Shown here piece by piece: positions 10,070 through 20,263 of a DNA stretch of 64,000 nucleotides; the stretch's first letter is position 1; the number at the start of each line of letters is the position of its first letter. The position numbers and the translations under genes were made by a program. Source of the stretch: Candidatus Borrarchaeum weybense (GTDB lineage Archaea > Asgardarchaeota > Sifarchaeia > Borrarchaeales > Borrarchaeaceae); contig JAHQJS010000004.1 in assembly GCA_019057385.1 (NCBI GenBank), positions 1,072,968-1,136,967 on the forward strand, read 5' to 3'. The notes below the pieces were generated by a model, which searched no databases, was not told the origin of the DNA, and saw only the letters and a program-made list of their open reading frames with translations.

Positions 10070-11890
10070 GTGAGGGAGTACACGATGAGTTCGAATAATA
10101 GCGAAATTCTTTCTAAGATTTTAGACGAAGAGCAATATAAAGTGTATCTTTCGGTCTACTCGATGGGATCAGTAGCAACCATCGGTCAAATAAGTTTGAT
10201 CACGGGATTTGATCTTCTAAAGGTGTCAAAGGTCATAGAAGACCTAATAAGCCTTGGCTTTATAAAAAAGGTAGAAGGCTTAATGCCCCGATATATAGCC
10301 CTTCATTCACAACTTCTTTCAACAGTCGAAATTGATAAAAATTTTCGGTATGAGATGCTGAATCTTAGATTTCAGATTGAAAAAGACTTAGAGGAAGCAC
10401 TTCGTGATACTCTTTCGTCTCTAAAAGAATATACAGAAAAATATACATCAAAGTTTACTGAGGCAATTGAGAGTTTTTATGGAAGTTTTCTCCAAGAAAA
10501 AGAAAGCCTTGAAAGAAGTATTTCTCAGATATTCTCTTCTTTTGACGAATTGATTACAGAAACAAAGCAACAATATTCCACGATTTTTACCAATATCGTT
10601 CGTAATTATTTCTTTGAAGAACATGGACCTCTAATAAAACTGCGAAACCATATTTTTAGCGAACTTGATAATCAAGTTCAAATACATGAAGAAAAACTAC
10701 TAAAAAGCCAACCCGAAACAGAAGAGGTTTTTGATAGCTATAAAGACTGCCTACACACTTCAAAAACCCAATTTCAACAAACTATTGAGAGAATAGTCAC
10801 TGCGAATGAAGCAAAATTCTTGAGTATAATAGAAGAGATTCGCAGATTGTATAGTGAATCTATTATTAAAACTGATGAGTTTGCCCAAGCGCAAAAAGAA
10901 TTCGATGAAAAAACCAATAATCTAAAAGATACCTTGATATTAGATAATGATATGTTCAAAAAGGATTGTAAAAAGGATTTAGTTGATGTACTAGACTCAA
11001 CAACTTCTAATCTTTCAGAAAAACTTCTCAATGTTCTTCAAGACTCCGTTGAACATTATAAATCTACAACTGCTGCACTAAAAGATGAACTAATTAAAGG
11101 TATTGCTCAATTTCAGAGCGAAGAAATAGAAAAATCACTAGATGACTATACACAAAAACTAGAAGACCGATTTTCTAAAATTGTTGTCTCCTCGAAAGAA
11201 AAAATTCAGGAATCCTCACAAATTATTGAAAAACTGCTATCCGACTCAATGAAAGAGTTAGAAGCATCATTAAACGAATCAGTTACTTCTTTAGATAGTG
11301 ATGTGAATAATTTTCTAAGAGAAAAGCAAGCTTATTACAAGGACAAAATGGCTGTTTCCAAGCAAAAGATAAGCGAAAAAATTGAAGCTAGTGTCTATTT
11401 ACTTGAAGAAAGTGAAAAACTGCTAAATAAGATTGTGGATGATAGCAAATTCATTAAACTACCAGGATATCAAAGAACGTTCACCATCACGGGAACAACG
11501 AATGCAATTAATTACGCCCGTGATATGATCCTTCGAACTAAATCTACAATAACCCTAGTTACGCCAACTCTCTCCCCTGAACTCCTTGGAACTGCAAAAA
11601 ACGTATCAAATCGAACACGTCTGATATTCGTAACAGATATTGATCTGACTCGTTATGGAGATTCAGTAAAAGAGCTAATAGCGAAAGGAAATATCCGTTT
11701 TAAACAATACGATAGGCAGGATTATTGGGCTGTCTTAAAAGATCGTGAGGAAGTACTTTTTGGACCACAAGTTGAAAAAGAAGGTGATGAATTCGTCGCA
11801 ATTCTATCTGAACATGAAGGGACCGTGCAGATTTTCGAACAGTTTATGAACTCACAGTTCTTGGGACGTTCTAAAGAGGTACTCTTATAA
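10070..11890 (+). CDS. TrmB-like protein: N-terminal wHTH, long helical/coiled-coil spacer, C-terminal PLD-like effector domain
   Basis: N-terminal KVY..L..G..T..QIS HTH; heptad-rich middle; C-terminal DMI.R.K.TI.LVTP ... KDREEVLFG. Confidence 0.7.
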   Translation: MREYTMSSNNSEILSKILDEEQYKVYLSVYSMGSVATIGQISLITGFDLLKVSKVIEDLISLGFIKKVEGLMPRYIALHSQLLSTVEIDKNFRYEMLNLRFQIEKDLEEALRDTLSSLKEYTEKYTSKFTEAIESFYGSFLQEKESLERSISQIFSSFDELITETKQQYSTIFTNIVRNYFFEEHGPLIKLRNHIFSELDNQVQIHEEKLLKSQPETEEVFDSYKDCLHTSKTQFQQTIERIVTANEAKFLSIIEEIRRLYSESIIKTDEFAQAQKEFDEKTNNLKDTLILDNDMFKKDCKKDLVDVLDSTTSNLSEKLLNVLQDSVEHYKSTTAALKDELIKGIAQFQSEEIEKSLDDYTQKLEDRFSKIVVSSKEKIQESSQIIEKLLSDSMKELEASLNESVTSLDSDVNNFLREKQAYYKDKMAVSKQKISEKIEASVYLLEESEKLLNKIVDDSKFIKLPGYQRTFTITGTTNAINYARDMILRTKSTITLVTPTLSPELLGTAKNVSNRTRLIFVTDIDLTRYGDSVKELIAKGNIRFKQYDRQDYWAVLKDREEVLFGPQVEKEGDEFVAILSEHEGTVQIFEQFMNSQFLGRSKEVLL

Positions 11891-11918
11891 ACTACCTCAC
11901 GGTGGAGACGTGATAGTT
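11890..11918. repeat. Imperfect hairpin (aacta-cc-tcacg...cgtga-tagtt); terminator or IS605-like end remnant
   Basis: Inverted repeat directly after the stop codon; AACTACC matches the reverse complement of the 2461-2498 motif core. Confidence 0.35.
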
Positions 11919-12787
11919 CTACGATAGTATATCTCCAAGAAGATCTTAGAGTTAACAGTTAGGATAATCTCTTGACAAAAACCACAATCAATATTTTTTT
12001 CCATTTCAACCTTTTTCCCCTTTTAATATCAGATAGTTATGAGTTTAAGGATCTAGTTTTTCTTTTCATGTTTGTATCTCTTAAAAATCACAAAAACATG
12101 AACAATATACAAAAAGATGTATTATTTAGCAGCTAGTTGAACTCTATGCAAATATATTCGGAAAATATTCACCAAGCGTCTTTGATAGTCAAGAAATTGT
12201 ATAACGCGCACGTTGTTTACTGAATTTCACACTAATTATTTGAATTATTTTGGCTAGCGTAAAGAAACTCAACATATCCGTTTTTGTGCCCCTCTGTATG
12301 TTTCTTATTCTCTATATGTGAATTAGATGTTAAATTAGTCTTTTATATGTTAATTCTGTGGCAATTTGAAATATATCAGTAATTTAAAAGACGGGCTTCA
12401 GAAGCGAATGTAGGGGAAAAAATGAATACTCATAGCAAAAATTAACTGAAAATATGCGCATAGGGGTAATATTTTTTAAAGAAACTTACCCAATTAGATT
12501 ATTTTGATGAATACACTTACAATATGTAATATTTAGCGGAATTCTATTAAAATAGCCAATTATTTATTGAAATCTCTATCAATAATTGTGATTAACCGAT
12601 AGACTCAGTAATCCACTTAAGATTAAAAATGCGCGCGACAAAAATATTGAAGCTGCAACCAACTCTCGGGGTATTAGATAAAGGCACTAACAATGATTTA
12701 TGACCCAAAAATGACATTTGATTCATAATATGCCTTCCATGAGATCACTAATAACTCGAATATAAGCCTAACGAATGATGTATCTAA

Positions 12788-14200
12788 ATGAGCGTCTTAC
12801 TAATTAACCCTCCATCATTTGTGTCTGAAAACGAAGTGATGGATCGGTTTCAAATTATTACACCTCCTTTAGGCTTAGCCTATCTCGCAGGAATGCTAGA
12901 ACATTATGAGCATCCTGTCAAAATTCTTGACGGGATAGCATTAAATCTCTCGTTATCAAGACTAAAGAAATTAATAAAAAAAGAACAACCACGCATTGTA
13001 GGAGTCACAGCAACTACAAGTCAAATATTTGATGCGCTAAAGGTGGTCAAAGCAGCTAAAGAAGTCTGTCCAGGATGCTTTACTATTATTGGTGGTGCAC
13101 ATGTAACATTCTTACCGCTTGAAACAATGAACGATCCCTTATATGGAAAATATCTTGATGCGGTGTGCATAGGGGAAGGTGAACAAACACTATTAGAATT
13201 AACACAGACTCTTGAAAAGAATGGTGATGATTTATCTACAGTCCGTGGGATTGCCTATCGAAACAATTCATCAATTAAAATAAATAACCCCCGTCCTCCA
13301 ATAGAAGATCTAGACAGTTTACCTTGGCCATCTCGTCATCTACTCCCTATGGATCGCTATAAACTCTTGGGAAAAGAAGAAGATATCGGTCATATCTATA
13401 CCAGTCGAGGGTGTCCGTTTAATTGTATTTTTTGTTCAAGTTCAAAAATCCTTGGAAATCGCTTTAGAGCACGTTCACCTGAGTCAGTTGTGGAGGAATT
13501 TGAGCATATAGCAAGCGAATATGATCCTATGACAATCGAATTCGTTGATGATATATTTACCTTGAATCGAAAAAGAGTCACAAAAATTTGCAGAAAATTG
13601 AGGACCCAGCATCTTTATGATATATCATGGGCCTGTTCCAGCAGGATAAACATTACAACAAGAACCATGCTTTCTGAAATGAAAAAAGCGGGTTGTTTCC
13701 TTATATATTACGGCATCGAGTCAGGATCTCAGCATGTTTTAGATCTAATGAAGAAACAGCTTCGTATCGAACAAATCGTTAAAGTGGTTAAATGGACTCA
13801 GGAAGCCAAGATAAATGTATTGGGCTCATTCCTTTTCGGAATTCCGGGTGAAACAAAGGTTGAAATGGAACAAACTATTCGCTTTGCAACGAAATTAGGC
13901 CTTTTATATACACAATTCTCTATTGCAACGCCTTATCCAGGAACTGAGTTATATGAAATAGCATGTAAAAATAACTATTTGATAGAAACCGATTGGAGTA
14001 AGTACACTAGTGGCAAGCCTATAATCGAAACTGACGATTTTACTTCGGATGATCTAAAGTACTACCTAAGAAAGGCATACCTCACTTTTTATCTTTCACC
14101 AAGAGTTTTGCTTAATCAAATTAGAGCAAAAAACTTTTTTCTTTTTGTAAATGCAGCTAAATTACTTATCAAATCAAAATTAGCGTCATTGGCAGCTTAA
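12788..14200 (+). CDS. Cobalamin-dependent (class B) radical SAM protein
   Basis: PPLGLAYLA, GGAHVT, GEGE B12-binding domain; SRGCPFNCIFC; GIESG; PYPGT. Confidence 0.92.
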   Translation: MSVLLINPPSFVSENEVMDRFQIITPPLGLAYLAGMLEHYEHPVKILDGIALNLSLSRLKKLIKKEQPRIVGVTATTSQIFDALKVVKAAKEVCPGCFTIIGGAHVTFLPLETMNDPLYGKYLDAVCIGEGEQTLLELTQTLEKNGDDLSTVRGIAYRNNSSIKINNPRPPIEDLDSLPWPSRHLLPMDRYKLLGKEEDIGHIYTSRGCPFNCIFCSSSKILGNRFRARSPESVVEEFEHIASEYDPMTIEFVDDIFTLNRKRVTKICRKLRTQHLYDISWACSSRINITTRTMLSEMKKAGCFLIYYGIESGSQHVLDLMKKQLRIEQIVKVVKWTQEAKINVLGSFLFGIPGETKVEMEQTIRFATKLGLLYTQFSIATPYPGTELYEIACKNNYLIETDWSKYTSGKPIIETDDFTSDDLKYYLRKAYLTFYLSPRVLLNQIRAKNFFLFVNAAKLLIKSKLASLAA

Positions 14201-14261
14201 TGTATCAATTCGAGAGCAAATCGAAAAAATAGAACCTATTACAGATTAGGAGGAAATAAAA

Positions 14262-15761
14262 TTGAATGAGACAAATGAAAATAATATAAAAGCAAGTCTT
14301 GTCGATTCTATACAGGTTCTTAAGGCAAATATCGACCGACCAATCATTCGAAAAATTCTAAGACTAATTAGCACAAAGTGCCCAAAGGATAGAAAAAATC
14401 GCCTTGAGATCGCCCTAGAACTTATGACAAATACTCGCTCTAGAGCAGATACCTGTGTTATATGCAATCTATTTGCACCTTTGCTTAACGGCATCGTTAC
14501 CCGAAGTGCGAAGGCCTTTGGAGTGACAAAAGAACAATTAGTTGAAAAATTTGAGAACCCCTATTGGAGACGAGGCTTAGTCAATACAGTAACAGGAATT
14601 GCAAAGTTCGGCGTAACTAAACCTTTTGTCCCTTCTGCACCTTTTCTGGTCGTCTGGGATTATACATATGCATGCAATTTGCAGTGTAAACACTGCTATG
14701 CAACTGCTGGAAAACCATTAAAGGACGAACTCACCACAAAAGAAGCATTCAAATGTGTAGATCAACTTGCAGAAGCGGGCGTCACGTCAATTGCTTTTTC
14801 TGGAGGCGAAGCGCTCATCCGTAAAGATTTTTTCAAAGTTGCAGGACATGCTAGAGATCTTGGCATCTTTCCAGCTGTAGCTACCAATGGAACATTATTA
14901 ACGAAGGAAATGGTGAAAAAACTCAAGAAATTGAACTTAGGTTATGTACAGATAAGTCTAGATGGGGCGTGTGCAAAAACCCATGATATGTTTCGCGGTG
15001 TACCAGGGATGTTTGAAAAAACTGTTCAAGGAATAAAAAACTGCGTAGAAGCTGGAGACATCTTTGTAGAGGTAGCCACAACCATTACTAACCTAAATTA
15101 TAAGGAATTTCCTGAGATCGTTCGATTATGCCGAGAACTAGGGATAGATTGGTTCATGCATTACAATTTTGTCCCTGTTGGAAGAGGTACAACGATTATG
15201 GATCTTGATTTAGATCCTTTTGAAAGGGAAAAAATGATACGATATTTGTGGCATGAGCTTCGAACTGATGATTCGATGGCGTTGCTATCCACAGCTCCAC
15301 AATTTGCTCGAATAGCGATTCAAGAGGAACATGGAGACTCTGCCGTAATTCCATCTCACTTCTACAATTGTGATTTACCGGGACAATTACAAAATCTCAG
15401 TTCGTTCGTTGGAGGTTGTGGCGCAGGAAGATTTTACTGTGCAGTTCGACCTAATGGAAATATTGAGCCCTGTGTGTTTTTGCCAATTACAGTGGGTAAT
15501 ATTCGGCATGACAATTTTGAAGAGTTATGGGAAAACAACAGAACTCTCTGGACATTAAGAGATCGTGATAAACTTCAGGATAACTGCGGTAGTTGCAAAT
15601 TCAAATATGTCTGTGGAGGATGTAGAGCCCGCGCCTATGCCTATTTTGGGGATATTAGAGCGCCTGATCCTGGCTGTATAAATAATAAAGAGGCCTATTA
15701 CGTTGCAATGCAAAAACAACTCCTGAAGACTCAGTTAACGCAACTAAAAGTACGTGTTTAA
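14262..15761 (+). CDS. Radical SAM/SPASM protein with N-terminal extension
   Basis: CNLQCKHC, FSGGE, SPASM CGAGR...PC...CGSC..CGGCRARA...DPGC. Confidence 0.92.
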   Translation: MNETNENNIKASLVDSIQVLKANIDRPIIRKILRLISTKCPKDRKNRLEIALELMTNTRSRADTCVICNLFAPLLNGIVTRSAKAFGVTKEQLVEKFENPYWRRGLVNTVTGIAKFGVTKPFVPSAPFLVVWDYTYACNLQCKHCYATAGKPLKDELTTKEAFKCVDQLAEAGVTSIAFSGGEALIRKDFFKVAGHARDLGIFPAVATNGTLLTKEMVKKLKKLNLGYVQISLDGACAKTHDMFRGVPGMFEKTVQGIKNCVEAGDIFVEVATTITNLNYKEFPEIVRLCRELGIDWFMHYNFVPVGRGTTIMDLDLDPFEREKMIRYLWHELRTDDSMALLSTAPQFARIAIQEEHGDSAVIPSHFYNCDLPGQLQNLSSFVGGCGAGRFYCAVRPNGNIEPCVFLPITVGNIRHDNFEELWENNRTLWTLRDRDKLQDNCGSCKFKYVCGGCRARAYAYFGDIRAPDPGCINNKEAYYVAMQKQLLKTQLTQLKVRV

Positions 15762-15840
15762 TTTTTTTCTTTTTTTTTAAAATTAGCAGCGTTTGATGGC
15801 TTTCATTTCACTAGAGAAAGCCCACTTGGATACAATAACG

Positions 15841-16737
15841 CTATCGAAAGATAACGGCTGTTGTACAGTATGCTAGCTTTGCAATATTGTACACATCTGT
15901 ACCAATAAGGCCTCCAAATCCTCTAGGTCGATGTTTGGCACCTACAACCAGCAAATCAAAGTTTAGTTTCTTGGTAAGTTCTACGATTGATTTACTGAAA
16001 TCCCGTCCAATTATGATTCGAGGAATCAGCGGTTCGCCAATGACACAACTTAATTCTCCAACGTTCCTTAAAAACTCTTTTTTCTCTTGTTGAATTTCAG
16101 GGGATGTCGCATTTAATGGAAGGATATCAGGGAGTTCGACAACATGAGCGAGGTGGATTTCAATATTTGGGGATATGACACTGTAGGCACTTGAAGCCAT
16201 AGCTGTAGTTAATTTAAGAGCAGCCTTATCATCACCAAGTGTACGGTATGGAACTAGGATACGTCGAATTTTTACGCGTCGATATGCCGTCCAGTCTTCA
16301 AAAGGTGTGAAGACTATGAAAACTGGAACTTCTGCCCTTCTAGCGACTTCGTAAGTACTAGTTCCTAAAAGTTCTCGTGTTAGTTTTATACGTTGGGCGC
16401 CCATCACAATGAGGTCTGCATCAATTTCATCGGATTTCTTTAAAATTAATTCTTCAATGCTTCCATCGCCTTCAACTGTATCAAGATCAACTGTGATTTT
16501 TAGCTCTTCTGCATATACACTAATCTCATCATATAAATCCTCAAGTAGCGGTTCTTCTTCCTCTTCCTCTTCCTCTTCGACGTGTAAAATCCATATCTTC
16601 GCATTTGCACATTCTGCTAAAAAGAATGCCAGCGTAATTGCATCTCCTTCAGCAGGAAAACCTTTTATTGGGAGTAGAATGTTATTTAAGCCTATAGTAC
16701 AGCCCCATTCCAAATCGTCTAAAAAACTTCTTGTCAC
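15841..16737 (-). CDS. Tandem-domain universal stress protein
   Basis: Two USP domains (ILLP..., DLIVMG...LLG.S; ILVP..., DLLVVG...LIG). Confidence 0.88.
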   Translation of the reverse strand: MTRSFLDDLEWGCTIGLNNILLPIKGFPAEGDAITLAFFLAECANAKIWILHVEEEEEEEEEPLLEDLYDEISVYAEELKITVDLDTVEGDGSIEELILKKSDEIDADLIVMGAQRIKLTRELLGTSTYEVARRAEVPVFIVFTPFEDWTAYRRVKIRRILVPYRTLGDDKAALKLTTAMASSAYSVISPNIEIHLAHVVELPDILPLNATSPEIQQEKKEFLRNVGELSCVIGEPLIPRIIIGRDFSKSIVELTKKLNFDLLVVGAKHRPRGFGGLIGTDVYNIAKLAYCTTAVIFR

Positions 16738-17069
16738 TGGTCGAGAACGTTGAATTCTGAAACCTCCAGAGCGCCTTTTTTACATTATTACTAGTTCTTT
16801 AAAGAACTTATACTTTTCGCTTTATGCTATTTTACTAAATCATTCAGGTTAAAAAACTCAGTAAAAGCTCTGAGTTGCTCAAATTGAGAAGCTCTAAATT
16901 TATCAAAGGATTTTCGGTAACAAACCAGCCTCGACAAAAGGGAGCTATTGAATATACCATCCATAAAAGTAATATTTTTATATCTAAGCATTTCCTCACA
17001 ATTTCAATCGGATCAGACAAATTTACCACCTATTAAACAATTTTTCTCAATTTATGTGAGCGACTTGCT

Positions 17070-18512
17070 ATGACAGCTGAACCAATCTTGCTTGACATGG
17101 AATATGAATTAGCAAGAACGTTAAGCCTCCTCGATCTCACAATGATCGGAGTAGCTGGCATGATAGGCGCAGGAATATTTGTATTAACTGGTGTTGCCGC
17201 AGGAGTCGCGGGACCAGCTTTAGTGTTAGCATTCTTGTTGAACGGAATAATAACAACTTTTACAGCCTTATGTTATGCTGAGTTGGGATCGGCCATACCA
17301 GAGGCGGGGGGTGGATTCCTTTGGGTAAAAGAGGGAGTAGGAGGACCAAGTGGATTTGTATCTGGATGGATGTCCTGGTTAGCTCATACAGTTGCGGGGA
17401 GTTTGTACGCTCTTGGATTTGGCGCATATTTTGCACTGACATTGGAAATTATGGGTGTGTCTCTTTTTGGTTTCGGGTTGGAGTTGACAATTAAAATTCT
17501 CGCTGTCATTATAGTAGTAATCTTTATGTTGATTAACTTTAAGGGCGTTTCAGAGACAGGAACCGCTGGTAATATTGTCACCATTGCAAAAATAATCATA
17601 TTAGCCGTATTCATTGGTAGCGGTCTCTATGTGATGTATACCCACCCAGATTTCGGTCTTAGCAATTTTCAGCCTTTATTCCCACATGGCCTGGGCGGCC
17701 TTTTTTTAGCATGTGGCTTGACATTTATTGCATTCGAAGGTTATGAGATTATTGCACAGGCAGGAGAAGAAGTACGTAATCCCAGAAAAAACGTCCCAAG
17801 GGCGACTTTTGTTTCAATCCTGATCGTAGTTCCCATCTATTGTCTAGTTGCATATGTTTCGATTGGAGCGCTCATAGTTGAAACCGGCACGACATGGGAA
17901 TTCTTAGCACAGTTTGGAGAACTTGGATTAGTTGAAGCAGCTAAGCAGTTTATGCCAGCTGGTATATTTTTATTGACAATTGGAGGGCTTTTGAGCACGA
18001 TGTCAGCGCTCAACGCAACAACCTACTCATCAACCCGAGTTTGTTTTGCGATGGCTCGCGATAATTTCATTCCGAAGAAATTGGCAACAATTCATAAAAA
18101 GACTCGTACCCCTCATATGGCACTCTTAATGAGCGGGATTATAATGATCAGTATGGCAGTATCGATTCCTTTGGAAGATGTTGCATCAGCGTCATCGATT
18201 ATGTTTCTGCTCCTTTTTTTGCTGGTCGATGTTTCCGTGATTATGATTCGCAGAAAGATTGGTAAACAGTTGGACTATGGCTATAAAACGCCACTCTTTC
18301 CGCTAGTCCCAATCATCGCAATTTGTGCAAATCTTGGTCTTGCAGTTTATCTCTTCTTTTACAGCCCAACAGCTTGGTATGTTACGCTCGCCTGGATTGG
18401 TGTCGGAATTCTGATATATTATCTTTACAGCAATAGGCACTATATTAGAAGAAAAGATCACTGGAAGAAATTTGCTCACTTAAAGAGCGATATTGAAGAA
18501 AAAGGAAAATGA
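17070..18512 (+). CDS. APC-family amino acid permease
   Basis: GMIGAGIF, YAELGSAIPEAGG, FEGYE, about 12 TM segments. Confidence 0.93.
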   Translation: MTAEPILLDMEYELARTLSLLDLTMIGVAGMIGAGIFVLTGVAAGVAGPALVLAFLLNGIITTFTALCYAELGSAIPEAGGGFLWVKEGVGGPSGFVSGWMSWLAHTVAGSLYALGFGAYFALTLEIMGVSLFGFGLELTIKILAVIIVVIFMLINFKGVSETGTAGNIVTIAKIIILAVFIGSGLYVMYTHPDFGLSNFQPLFPHGLGGLFLACGLTFIAFEGYEIIAQAGEEVRNPRKNVPRATFVSILIVVPIYCLVAYVSIGALIVETGTTWEFLAQFGELGLVEAAKQFMPAGIFLLTIGGLLSTMSALNATTYSSTRVCFAMARDNFIPKKLATIHKKTRTPHMALLMSGIIMISMAVSIPLEDVASASSIMFLLLFLLVDVSVIMIRRKIGKQLDYGYKTPLFPLVPIIAICANLGLAVYLFFYSPTAWYVTLAWIGVGILIYYLYSNRHYIRRKDHWKKFAHLKSDIEEKGK

Positions 18513-18541
18513 TTTTCTACGTAAAACGATAAAAATCTATT

Positions 18542-20023
18542 CTAATCCACTTTTTTTGTGTGAGAATTATTTGAACTCATTGTTTCAAACTGTTTTAAGA
18601 TAATTTTTGTATTTGTATGAGCAATTCCTGAAATCTCACGGATCTTTTCCAAGAGATCATTAAGTTCAGGAACCGAATCTGTTTGTGCTATAGCTACTAT
18701 CTCGTATTCCCCGCTCGTTTCGTAGACCCTGTCTAAGGGAAGCGCAGCCATTCGTCTCACTATGTAACTGGTATAATATGAAGGATCAATTTTGCACGAA
18801 ATCAACCCCATGACTTTACTAGGCGATATCCCCCTGAAACTTACTTTTAGGACTTCTTCTGCAATCTCAAGCAAGTCTTCATCTACGAAATTTCGTTTTT
18901 TATCTGCTACTTCTTTGATTTTTTGAACGATTTTGCTTAGTTGTTCATCATTAACAACAATTCCTAGTTCTATCAACTTCTGTTCAACTGCTTTCTTGCC
19001 TGCGTATCTATCAACTAATAGTTGTCTCCCTCTTCCTACAAGATCTGGAGCAAACACTTCATATGTTTTAGGATTCGCAAGAACTCCCGCAGTATGTACA
19101 CCTGCTTTATGAGAAAATGCATAATCACCAATAACAACAGCCTGTTGTCCTATAACCACACCACTTGCTCTTTCAACATATCGAGCGATTTTTGGAAGCA
19201 TATCAAGCTTAAATCCAAGGTCAAGTCCATACATGACAGTCAGAGCAACACTTATTTCCTCAAGCCCTGTAATACCAGTCCGTTCTCCTAATCCATTTAC
19301 AGTAGCATGTACACAGTTAGCGCCAGCCTCAAGTCCGGCTAATGCGTTTGCGGCAGCTAAACCAAGGTCATTGTGACAATGTACATCTATCCCAACGCTT
19401 TTTCCAAGGTGACGTTGCATGAATTTCACAAATCCTTTCATACCACTTGGAGTTAACATGCCTACTGTGTCAGCAATTGAAATTCTATCAGCACCTGCTT
19501 CGTGAGCTGTGTCGCATGCTTCAATTAAGAATTGTGAATCAGAACGACTCGCATCTTCAGGTGTGAATCTTACTTTCAATCCATGATTACTTGCATAGTT
19601 CACTGAATTATAAATCATGTCTAGTACTTGTTCTCTGGTTTTTTTCAATTTATATTCAAGATGGATATCTGAAGTTGCTATAAATACAGCTACACGATCA
19701 ACATTGCATTCAATTGCTTCCTCGATATCTGGTACTTTTGCTCTTACATGAGCAAGAACTTCTGCTTTTAAACCCTGTTCCGCAATGGCTTTTACAGCTT
19801 CTTTAACACCTTTAGATACAGTAGGACACCCTGCTTCAATCATATGTACTCCAAATTCGTCTAGAAGTTGTGCAATCTTAATCTTGTCTTCAAGTGTGAA
19901 GAACACATTTGGGGTTTGTTCACCTTCTCTAAGCGTTGTGTCAAGTATTAAAATGTCTTCTGAAATCTTGACATCAGGCTTGAACTGTAAATCAAAGAAA
20001 TTCTGATCTTCTAGTTTACTCAC
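18542..20023 (-). CDS. Homocitrate synthase (DRE-TIM) with C-terminal RAM/AsnC regulatory domain
   Basis: DTTLREGEQ, HCHND, GLGERTG, HKAGVH; C-terminal VYETSGEYEI...TNTKIIL RAM domain, as in Sulfolobus-type HCS. Confidence 0.8.
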   Translation of the reverse strand: MSKLEDQNFFDLQFKPDVKISEDILILDTTLREGEQTPNVFFTLEDKIKIAQLLDEFGVHMIEAGCPTVSKGVKEAVKAIAEQGLKAEVLAHVRAKVPDIEEAIECNVDRVAVFIATSDIHLEYKLKKTREQVLDMIYNSVNYASNHGLKVRFTPEDASRSDSQFLIEACDTAHEAGADRISIADTVGMLTPSGMKGFVKFMQRHLGKSVGIDVHCHNDLGLAAANALAGLEAGANCVHATVNGLGERTGITGLEEISVALTVMYGLDLGFKLDMLPKIARYVERASGVVIGQQAVVIGDYAFSHKAGVHTAGVLANPKTYEVFAPDLVGRGRQLLVDRYAGKKAVEQKLIELGIVVNDEQLSKIVQKIKEVADKKRNFVDEDLLEIAEEVLKVSFRGISPSKVMGLISCKIDPSYYTSYIVRRMAALPLDRVYETSGEYEIVAIAQTDSVPELNDLLEKIREISGIAHTNTKIILKQFETMSSNNSHTKKVD

Positions 20024-20123
20024 AGGATCACCAAGTTGAATTAAAAACTAATCTGGATTTGATGCTATAACAAAACTTTTTTTGCATCAAAGTGTCTTAA
20101 TGTATTTAAACGTTGTGATAGAA

Positions 20124-20179
20124 AGTTTGAAAAAATTACCAAAAAGTTTGAAAACATTCATCTTTAGTTTGAAAACATT
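20124..20179. promoter_or_regulatory. Three phased direct repeats AGTTTGAAAA(CATT), 21-bp period, in a divergent promoter
   Basis: Copies start at 20124, 20145 and 20166. Confidence 0.6.
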
Positions 20180-20263
20180 TAATTTGTTTAAAAAACTTAT
20201 ACTGAAAAAAACTAAACGAATACAAAGAACAACAATAATAAGTAACAACAATAATAGGCGAGT

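Noticed and set aside
11920-12787. Long intergenic region as a possible ncRNA, riboswitch or precursor-peptide locus
   Set aside because: AT-rich, with no convincing structure or SD-led ORF seen by eye; an Infernal/Rfam scan would be needed
16738-16785. ATG-TAA immediately upstream of and in frame with the USP gene (possible readthrough)
   Set aside because: TAA is not a recoded codon; the GTG start suffices; likely chance
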